This document shows positions 50,468 through 58,098 of a stretch of DNA of 64,000 bases, one piece after another; position 1 is the stretch's first letter, and the number at the start of each line of letters is the position of its first letter. Made by a program: the position numbers and the translations under genes. The notes under the pieces are model-generated. The model was not told the origin of the DNA. It saw only the letters and a list, made by a program, of their open reading frames with translations, and ran no database searches. This DNA comes from an uncultured bacterium (lineage in GTDB: Bacteria; Bacillota_I; Bacilli_A; RFN20; CAG-826). Location of the stretch: NCBI GenBank assembly GCA_949284685.1, contig CASDWE010000003.1, positions 52,870-116,869 of the forward strand. The letters run 5' to 3'.

Positions 50468-53131
50468 TTAGTCATTAATTCCAATAAATATAGCTTCCTC
50501 AGGTTCGCTAGATTTAACTTTTGGAGTTTTTTTATGTTTTCGTTTGATTTTAAGATTTGGCAATTTGATATTCAATTTACGCATAATTTTATAAATGAAC
50601 ATATAAACAGGACCAAAACAAGTTAAAATCAAAGCCAAGCCCACTATTAATCCAACAAAGGCAAACAAATAATAGTTGGAAGTTGCTAAAGGTCCAAAGC
50701 CAAAATTATTTAAACATAAATAGGCAACAATAATTCCGGCAACCGCAATAGTGCTCACACTTAAAGAAACGGCTTTATTCATTATTTCGACACGTTTTTC
50801 AACGCTGTTATCCTTGCTTCTAACCAATTCATCTTTGACCATTTCTTTATCTTTGTTAGCAAATAATGTCATTAACAAATAACTAACAGCAATAATAAGT
50901 GGTAAAGCAATAAATAAATCTAAACCGACGCTGATGCGAGTTAAGACAAATACTCCAACGCTAATAAATCCAATTACTCCGCTAAATAAGACAGTTGCTA
51001 ATCCTTTTGATAATCCATAGCGAAGTGTCAAATACAATGACATAAATCCAATTGCCACAGCACTCGCCACTACAATCCAAATATAGTCTGGTTGTTGAGC
51101 GTTAACATGTCTTGTCATTTTAACAGATGCCATAGCATTAGCGTCGACGTTTGCGTTTTCAATATAATCGACATATAAATTGTTCAACGTATCTTGATAA
51201 CCATCATCTAAATTGAGTTTTGCCATTTGTTCACCATCAATTGGACGATTTAAATCAACGACGATATATGTATAATTTGTTGTTACACCTTCGATAACTT
51301 CTTCACGAGAATATATTGTCATATATTCATTAAGATTAGTGCCTTCTTCAAACAAATCTTCATATGTTGTTTCTTCATTTTCCTCATAAACTAATTGAGT
51401 GTTTTTCAATAAATTTTCCACATAAGAAAGATTGACAGATGAATTATTTGTTGTTGTTTCGAAATATAAATATGTATTTCCTTGTGAATAAGTTCCTGGG
51501 TTAAAAATTGTTCCGTTATCTAAAACACCAAAGGTGATAGAGCCAGCAATAGATGCGGCAAACAAAATTAATCCAACAATCATAAATGGTTTTTTATGTT
51601 TGGTAAAATTAGTATTTTGGAATGTTCCATAAAAAGATTGTTTTTCTTCATTTAAAATATTTGGAACATTTTCATTTTTAACACCAATGACACTATATTT
51701 ATTTGTAAATTTTGTAGTGTTAGTTAATAACCACATCAATGCTTTTAATCCTAATGTATTTAAAAGCAATGAAGCAATTCCACCAAAAACACATACAGCA
51801 GCAAATGAAATCATCATTTCACCACCTAGCCAATAAAATATCGCGCCAATAATAACTAATAAAACATTTAAATCAACTATTGGAAGCAAGGCTCTTTTTG
51901 CACCTTCCGCGTTAGCTTTTTTAAGTGAACGTCCACGATAACATTCTTCTTTTACTTTATTGATATAAACAACACCGCACACAACACTGACAATAGCCAC
52001 CAATGCTAATCCAACAACCATTGCGGTATTAAATTCAACTGTAAATAAAATTGAAAATAAAAGTGCAAGGTAAGTTGAACCTATACCTAAAGTAGCAATA
52101 GCAAGTGCAGCCCAACGATAAAATGCTGCTAATAACAAAGATAAAATTAAAATTGCAAATAATGTAGCAATTAATGTTCTAGACATAGCAACAGTTTCTC
52201 TCATGCCATAAGAAATAATATTTTCAAAATAAGCAGGAACTGTTTTTTCAAAAATAAATGTGACATCATATGGCAATTCATCACTATTTAAGAGATTGAC
52301 ATAATAATTTGCAATTTGTGTACCATTACTTACATCATTAGTTGTAATAGATCCATCGCCATCTGTATCGATATTCACGCTACTAGCGATTGCCGTATGA
52401 GTATCATCACTCCAAATTCTTGAAATATCAAATTGCATGAGCAATTTATCGGCTTTATCTTCATCATAATCATCACTTGAAGATATTAATTCAGAAATAG
52501 TATCAGTTTCTTCATTAAAGTTGTAAGCTAAATAAACATAAGTAGCAGTATCTTCAGTAGTTTCCCCTTCTTCTTCGGTTGAAGTATTATTGTTTGCTTC
52601 TTCTTGCAATCTTTCCGCTTCTTCTATAACAGCTTGAAATTCTTCACTTTCACTATTAATTGGAATGACAACGGTTGGATAATGATTAACAAAAGTCACA
52701 TAACTTTCGCGTGAAGTATCCATAAATTCATCACCAATGGCGACTGTATTTGAACTAGTACCAAGAGCAAAAGCACCATTAAATGACAAATATGTTTCGA
52801 TTTGTTCATAATATGCGGTTTGTTCTTCGCTTAAAACAACTTCTACAATATCATTACCTTGGGTATAAATATCATATCTTGTTTCGCCATATGTATTTAA
52901 TCTTTGTTCCATAATACTAGCAATTTCGCTAGAAGCGTCTTCAGGAAGGACGCTATCATCATCGGTGCTAGAAAGTTGGAAAGTTAAAGATTTGCCATCA
53001 GCGTATTCAATATTTGTATGACTTTTTAAAAAAGCGGTATTAAATGTGACGCCAACTGCGGTTAATCCAAGAACAGATAAGGCTAAATAAGCAATAAATC
53101 TTCTCATAAATCTCAATTCCTTTTTAATCAA
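50468..53131 (-). CDS. secDF: Protein translocase SecDF fusion (divergent)
   Basis: Two halves each with TM, large extracellular domain and 5 TMs; ruvB-secDF-recJ synteny; start may be MRRF at 53107. Confidence 0.8.
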   Translation of the reverse strand: MIKKELRFMRRFIAYLALSVLGLTAVGVTFNTAFLKSHTNIEYADGKSLTFQLSSTDDDSVLPEDASSEIASIMEQRLNTYGETRYDIYTQGNDIVEVVLSEEQTAYYEQIETYLSFNGAFALGTSSNTVAIGDEFMDTSRESYVTFVNHYPTVVIPINSESEEFQAVIEEAERLQEEANNNTSTEEEGETTEDTATYVYLAYNFNEETDTISELISSSDDYDEDKADKLLMQFDISRIWSDDTHTAIASSVNIDTDGDGSITTNDVSNGTQIANYYVNLLNSDELPYDVTFIFEKTVPAYFENIISYGMRETVAMSRTLIATLFAILILSLLLAAFYRWAALAIATLGIGSTYLALLFSILFTVEFNTAMVVGLALVAIVSVVCGVVYINKVKEECYRGRSLKKANAEGAKRALLPIVDLNVLLVIIGAIFYWLGGEMMISFAAVCVFGGIASLLLNTLGLKALMWLLTNTTKFTNKYSVIGVKNENVPNILNEEKQSFYGTFQNTNFTKHKKPFMIVGLILFAASIAGSITFGVLDNGTIFNPGTYSQGNTYLYFETTTNNSSVNLSYVENLLKNTQLVYEENEETTYEDLFEEGTNLNEYMTIYSREEVIEGVTTNYTYIVVDLNRPIDGEQMAKLNLDDGYQDTLNNLYVDYIENANVDANAMASVKMTRHVNAQQPDYIWIVVASAVAIGFMSLYLTLRYGLSKGLATVLFSGVIGFISVGVFVLTRISVGLDLFIALPLIIAVSYLLMTLFANKDKEMVKDELVRSKDNSVEKRVEIMNKAVSLSVSTIAVAGIIVAYLCLNNFGFGPLATSNYYLFAFVGLIVGLALILTCFGPVYMFIYKIMRKLNIKLPNLKIKRKHKKTPKVKSSEPEEAIFIGIND

Positions 53132-53211
53132 TAAAATCCATATAAAATAATCGCATAAAATATGCTTTTATAATTTACAACAAAAGTAAGTATTTTTCAA
53201 CAATTTATTTA

Positions 53212-54219
53212 TTAAAATAAATTACCTTGATAATCGATTTTTAAATGTTTGTATGCTTTATTTGTTACAACTCGCCCTTTACTAGTTCTATTAATAAAGC
53301 CGATTTGTATTAAATATGGTTCATAAACATCTTCTAAGTTGGTTGTTTCTTCTCCAATTGCACTTGCGATGGCTTCAACACCAACAGGACCACCTTTATA
53401 CCTATCAATAATTGTTTGTAAATATCTAATATCGACATCATCTAATCCAAGCGGATCAACTTTTAAAGCATTAAGAGCTTTCAATGCATGTTCCAAATTT
53501 ATATCATCATAACCTTCATAATTTGCAAAATCACGAACACGTCTAAATAAACGATTAGCAATTCTAGGTGTTCCACGACTTCTTTTAGCTATTTCATAAC
53601 TAGCGTCATCTTCAATTTTACAATTATAAACTTTCGCTGTTCTTTTGACGATTTGATTTATTTCATCGACAGTATAAAAATTTATTTTTTCGCATATACC
53701 AAATCTAGCTCTTAATGGAGATGATAAATCTCCAGCCCGTGTTGTTGCACCAATTAAAGTAAAAGGAGCAATATCAATTGTTAATGTTTTCGCGGAAGTT
53801 TCACGCGACACCACTAAAGAAATTGTATAATCTTCCATTGCTTGATATAAAATTTCTTCCACGACACGAGGTAAACGATGTATTTCATCAATAAATAATA
53901 CTTCGCCAGGTTCTAAATCTGTTAATATCGTTGCTAAATCGCCAGCTTTTTCAATTGAAGGTCCACTGATGACACGAATTTTTGCATGCATTTCATTTGC
54001 AATGACGTGAGCTAAGGTCGTTTTACCAAGACCAGGAGGACCATAAAACAAACAATGATCAAGACATTCACTTCGATGCAAGGCAGCGTAAATAAAAACA
54101 CGAAGATTGCTTTTTAAATGTGTTTGTCCGACGTACTCATCAAGAGTTTGAGGGCGCAAAGAAATTTCTTCTGTCTCTTCTTCTTTATTTAAATGATTAT
54201 CCATTAATCTTTTTTTCAT
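53212..54219 (-). CDS. ruvB: Holliday junction helicase RuvB
   Basis: LRPQTL.EYVGQ, GPPGLGKTTLA, FIDEIHR, RGTPRIANR. Confidence 0.98.
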   Translation of the reverse strand: MKKRLMDNHLNKEEETEEISLRPQTLDEYVGQTHLKSNLRVFIYAALHRSECLDHCLFYGPPGLGKTTLAHVIANEMHAKIRVISGPSIEKAGDLATILTDLEPGEVLFIDEIHRLPRVVEEILYQAMEDYTISLVVSRETSAKTLTIDIAPFTLIGATTRAGDLSSPLRARFGICEKINFYTVDEINQIVKRTAKVYNCKIEDDASYEIAKRSRGTPRIANRLFRRVRDFANYEGYDDINLEHALKALNALKVDPLGLDDVDIRYLQTIIDRYKGGPVGVEAIASAIGEETTNLEDVYEPYLIQIGFINRTSKGRVVTNKAYKHLKIDYQGNLF

Positions 54220-54773
54220 TATTTTTTCCTCAAGTTTTTAAGTGCTAAGGCTAATATTTCTTCATTAGTAGCGTTTTCAATATTAATTTGTGCTAATACA
54301 TTTTCGATTTGAGTATTTTTAAATCCTAGTTGTTTTAATGCTTGTTTAACATCTTCGTATTGTTCGGGATTTCCCTTTTCGCCAGTTAATTGACCTTTTA
54401 AATCTAAAATGATTTGACTCGCGGCTTTTTGCCCAATGCCTGGTAGTCTTTTTAAATACGCAACATTGTTGCTAGCAATAGCTTTCATTAACATATCTGG
54501 TGTCGTCATAGACAAAGCATTGATTGCCAATTTTGGACCAATTCCCTTGACATTAATCAAAGACATAAAAGCTTGTTTTTCTAAAAGATTATTAAATCCA
54601 ATAAGATATTGTTCATCTTCTCTAACAACTAAATAAGTGTAAACAAAAGATTCTTCGTTAAGAATAAATTCATCAGGATGAGAAACAATAATTTGATATC
54701 CGACCCCATTAACATCGATTACAATAAATTGTTTGTCTTTATAAATAATTTTTCCTTTTAAAGAATAATACAT
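54219..54773 (-). CDS. ruvA: Holliday junction binding protein RuvA
   Basis: VNGVGY, VRED, GIGPKLA, PGIGQKAA. Confidence 0.97.
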   Translation of the reverse strand: MYYSLKGKIIYKDKQFIVIDVNGVGYQIIVSHPDEFILNEESFVYTYLVVREDEQYLIGFNNLLEKQAFMSLINVKGIGPKLAINALSMTTPDMLMKAIASNNVAYLKRLPGIGQKAASQIILDLKGQLTGEKGNPEQYEDVKQALKQLGFKNTQIENVLAQINIENATNEEILALALKNLRKK

Positions 54774-54799
54774 TTTGTTTACCTCTTATAATTATTATT

Positions 54800-56068
54800 T
54801 TAGTTTATATATTCGAATTCAAAATCACATAATATAACTGTATCGCCATTTTTAGCTCCTAATTGTTCTAATCTGTCATCGACACCAATATGTCGTAAAT
54901 GGGAAATTAATTTTAAAATTCCTTCATCGGTTGATAGATTAATCATCGCATAATATTTTTCGATTTTTTCCCCATAAATTCTAAATGTATTCGAATTTAC
55001 TTTTTCAATATTAAACGATTCTTCTTCTTGTAATGAATAAACTTTAATTGTTTCTTTTTCTTGCAAATCTTCTAGTGTCAAATTTGGACAATCTTGCAAT
55101 TTCAAATAACATCCTTTTTTAAATTCATCGATATTTTCATTTGTTAAACAACTAATTGGATAAATTTTAGCTTTGACTTTGCTTTTAAATTCTTTTAATA
55201 AATCAAGCGCTCCATCTTCATCCATCTTACTAGCAACAATTATATAAGGACGATTGATTAGATTGTATCCATATTCTTTTAACTCTTCTCGTAATTCTAT
55301 AAATTGTTGATAAGGATCCATGCTTCCATCCATAGAAATTGCATAACAAATAAGGCGACATCTTTGCACGTGTCTTAAAAATGTTAATCCTAGTCCTTTT
55401 CCTAAATGTGCCCCTTTAATTAAGCCAGGCAAATCCGCTAAAACAAAATAATCGTTATTATTTAGATAAACCACGCCTAAATTAGGTTCGATTGTAGTAA
55501 AAGGATAATCAGCTATCTCAGGTTTTGCATTACTTATTAAAGATAATAATGTGGATTTTCCAACGCTTGGAAAGCCAACTAACCCGACATCCGCTAGTAA
55601 TTTTAATTCCAAAGTTAATTTTTTAATTTGTCCAGGCTCACCATTTTCAGCAATTTTTGGTGCACGATTAATGCTAGATTTAAAACAAGCATTTCCTCGT
55701 CCACCTCTTCCACCCTTTGCGACCATTACCATCTTATTATTTTCATCTAAGTCAGCAAAAAAAGTATGTTCTGGTTCAATATAAATGACAGTGCCAACTG
55801 GAACATCGACAATAACATCATCCGCACATCGGCCATATTTATTTTTAGAGCCACCTTTTTCACCATCATTTGCGATAATTACTTTTGAGTGACGAAAATT
55901 AAAAAGAGTATTTAAATTTTTATTAGCACGAAAATAAATTGATCCACCTCGACCACCATTTCCTCCGCTTGGACCACCGAATGGAAGATATTTTTCACGC
56001 AGGAAAGCAATCATTCCGTCTCCGCCTTTTCCTGAACGAACCTCAATTTTAACTTGATCAATAAACAT
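54800..56068 (-). CDS. obgE: GTPase Obg
   Basis: Gly-rich Obg fold, GFPSVGKST, YPFTT, DLPG. Confidence 0.98.
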   Translation of the reverse strand: MFIDQVKIEVRSGKGGDGMIAFLREKYLPFGGPSGGNGGRGGSIYFRANKNLNTLFNFRHSKVIIANDGEKGGSKNKYGRCADDVIVDVPVGTVIYIEPEHTFFADLDENNKMVMVAKGGRGGRGNACFKSSINRAPKIAENGEPGQIKKLTLELKLLADVGLVGFPSVGKSTLLSLISNAKPEIADYPFTTIEPNLGVVYLNNNDYFVLADLPGLIKGAHLGKGLGLTFLRHVQRCRLICYAISMDGSMDPYQQFIELREELKEYGYNLINRPYIIVASKMDEDGALDLLKEFKSKVKAKIYPISCLTNENIDEFKKGCYLKLQDCPNLTLEDLQEKETIKVYSLQEEESFNIEKVNSNTFRIYGEKIEKYYAMINLSTDEGILKLISHLRHIGVDDRLEQLGAKNGDTVILCDFEFEYIN

Positions 56069-56092
56069 TTTATTCTCCGAAATATATTTTAT

Positions 56093-56124
56093 AAAAAGAC
56101 CACATTGTTTTCAATGTGGCTTTT
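56093..56124 (-). terminator. Terminator after rpmA
   Basis: CCACATTG-TTTT-CAATGTGG stem with A/T tails. Confidence 0.7.
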
Positions 56125-56130
56125 ATTATT

Positions 56131-56418
56131 TTATTTAGCTTCAATTACATTAACGCGAGTTCTATTTTTTCCCCAACGTTCATATTTTACAATACCAGAC
56201 TTAGTAGCAAATATTGTATCATCTCCACCACGCTTTGTATTAAGTCCTGGATAAATTTTTGTTCCGCGTTGACGATAAATAATATTTCCCGCCAAAGCAA
56301 ATTGACCATCAGCTTTTTTAGCACCAAGTCTTTTTGATTCACTATCACGTCCGTTTTTAGTGGAACCGACACCCTTTTTACTAGCAAAGAGTTGTATATC
56401 TAATCTAAAGTTCATCAT
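56131..56418 (-). CDS. rpmA: 50S ribosomal protein L27 with Prp-cleaved N-terminal extension
   Basis: LDIQLF|[15 protein letters not shown]. Confidence 0.98.
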   Translation of the reverse strand: MMNFRLDIQLFASKKGVGSTKNGRDSESKRLGAKKADGQFALAGNIIYRQRGTKIYPGLNTKRGGDDTIFATKSGIVKYERWGKNRTRVNVIEAK

Positions 56419-56424
56419 CTTTTT

Positions 56425-56739
56425 TTATCCTTTCTTTATAAATTCAATTTTGATATTTTTTGGATAACTTTCAGCAATTGTTTTTAAGGAAGTAATTATC
56501 GTTTCGATGACAATCTCGTCATGATACGTTAATTTTCCTTTTAATTTCAATAATGCATATCCATTTTCAAGAATCATTTCAAATTCTTGATTTTCTTTGA
56601 TGGAATTAAATCCTCCAGTTAATACGCTTGATACGCCTGCACAAATCAAATCTTGACCATGTACATCGCTTCCAGCATGACCCCTAACTATTAATGATTC
56701 AAATTCTTCGTTTTCTCCATCAATTTTTACAATAATCAT
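56425..56739 (-). CDS. prp: Ribosomal-processing cysteine protease Prp
   Basis: GHA....GQDLICAGVS; between rplU and rpmA. Confidence 0.93.
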   Translation of the reverse strand: MIIVKIDGENEEFESLIVRGHAGSDVHGQDLICAGVSSVLTGGFNSIKENQEFEMILENGYALLKLKGKLTYHDEIVIETIITSLKTIAESYPKNIKIEFIKKG

Positions 56740-56741
56740 AT

Positions 56742-57050
56742 TTAAGCATTAATACTTTCAATGACTAAGCATGTATATGGTTGACGATGACCTAAAGTTT
56801 TGCGTTCATTGTGCTTGGCTTTGTATTTGTAAATACGAATTTTTTTACCTAAGCCGTGCTTTTCCACTTTAGCGACAACGCTGGCGCCTTTGACATATGG
56901 TTTACCGACTTTATTAGATTTATCGCTTACCAATAACACTTTATCAAAGGTATAAGACGCTCCTGATTCAACATCAAGTTTTTCAACATAAATTTTTGAA
57001 CCAACTTCAACGCGTACTTGTTTACCACCAGTTTCGATAATTGCGTACAT
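56742..57050 (-). CDS. rplU: 50S ribosomal protein L21
   Basis: [18 protein letters not shown]. Confidence 0.98.
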   Translation of the reverse strand: MYAIIETGGKQVRVEVGSKIYVEKLDVESGASYTFDKVLLVSDKSNKVGKPYVKGASVVAKVEKHGLGKKIRIYKYKAKHNERKTLGHRQPYTCLVIESINA

Positions 57051-57075
57051 AAATGTCCTCCTTTTTTTAAACTAA

Positions 57076-57152
57076 TGACTCGCTTTCAAGGTATAATGCA
57101 TAGCATTAATTTATAACCTTTTTAAGGCGGTTGTAGCCAAATATAGGCGACA
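57076..57152 (-). ncRNA. L21 leader-like cis-regulatory RNA
   Basis: 5' UTR of rplU containing GCTACAACCGC...GCGAGTC elements typical of the L21 leader; boundaries approximate. Confidence 0.65.
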
Positions 57153-57160
57153 ACGAGAGT

Positions 57161-57189
57161 AATATAACATCAGTTATATATTTTGTCAA
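57161..57189 (-). promoter_or_regulatory. Sigma-A promoter of rplU-prp-rpmA
   Basis: TTGACA-17 nt-TATATT on the minus strand. Confidence 0.8.
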
Positions 57190-57190
57190 A

Positions 57191-57883
57191 TTATATTTGA
57201 TTTTCTAAAAATGAAAAATAACCATTTGGATAAATTACGATATGATCTACTAGTAAAATTTTCTCCTTTTTTGCTTTGTTTTTCAATTCGTAAGTAAATA
57301 AAATATCTTCATCGCTTGGATAAGGATAATTTTCGATATGATTATGCAATAAAATAAATTTGCTTTTACGTTCTTTTTTAATGAATTTTATTATTTCTTG
57401 GCTAGAAACATAAACATATTTTTCACTGCCTTGATAAATTAATGTTTCATTAACAATTTTGTTTTGATAGTTAAGTAAAATAATGAAGACTAACTCTTGA
57501 TTTTTATTATTTAATAGGTTTTGATATTTATTTGTTAAATAGGTTAAATTATCCTTATAAAGAAAAAAGGAATTTTTCACATTTATTCTTTTATAAAATT
57601 CAAAAATAGTTTTTAGTAAAAGTGCTTTATTTTTATTAATTCCTTTAATGCTAATAAGTCTTTCATAATCCATACTTATTACATTGATCAACCCACCATT
57701 TTGATAATATATTTCATGAGCAAGTTGCAATACATTTTTATTTTTATAACCGCTGTTTAAAATAATAGCAAATAATTCAATATCGCTCAAAGTTTCAATT
57801 CCATACCGCAAAGCTTTTTCTTTAGGACGCTCAATTATCGGCAAATCCTTTATTTTATAATTTATTCCCAAGTAAATTTCCAC
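57191..57883 (-). CDS. radC: RadC family JAB-domain protein
   Basis: KDLP..ERPKEK, LSDIELFAIIL, HNH......PSDED, LVDHIVI; GTG/TTG start overlapping the upstream peptide gene. Confidence 0.88.
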   Translation of the reverse strand: MEIYLGINYKIKDLPIIERPKEKALRYGIETLSDIELFAIILNSGYKNKNVLQLAHEIYYQNGGLINVISMDYERLISIKGINKNKALLLKTIFEFYKRINVKNSFFLYKDNLTYLTNKYQNLLNNKNQELVFIILLNYQNKIVNETLIYQGSEKYVYVSSQEIIKFIKKERKSKFILLHNHIENYPYPSDEDILFTYELKNKAKKEKILLVDHIVIYPNGYFSFLENQI

Positions 57884-58047
57884 CCACCAGGAATTGTAAC
57901 ATTTGCTTCGTTTGACAAAAATAATCGATAAATAATAACGGCGACAACTGCAACTGCAATAACTGCCATGACTGTTGTTAGTGTAATAGCTTCACCAACA
58001 TAATGTTGTTTTAATTCTTCATCACTTAAAATTCTTAATTTATTCAT
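57862..58047 (-). CDS. 61-aa peptide with double-glycine-like leader and hydrophobic core
   Basis: Strong RBS AGGAGG; MNKLRILSDEELKQHYVG|EAITLTTVMAVIAVAVVAVIIYRLF.. Confidence 0.75.
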   Translation of the reverse strand: MNKLRILSDEELKQHYVGEAITLTTVMAVIAVAVVAVIIYRLFLSNEANVTIPGGWKFTWE

Positions 58048-58058
58048 TTTTTTCCTCC

Positions 58059-58094
58059 TAATTACTTATAGAGAAAAAACAAATGAAAAACTAA
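58059..58094 (-). promoter_or_regulatory. Shared motif TTAG-N19-CTATAAGTAATTA, copy 3
   Basis: Minus strand reads ttttTTAGtttttcatttgttttttctCTATAAGTAATTAggagg before the peptide ATG. Confidence 0.6.
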
Positions 58095-58098
58095 AAAA

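Noticed and set aside
52294-52305. One-mismatch XerD-arm site within secDF
   Set aside because: Imperfect, isolated and 22 kb from dif; compatible with chance
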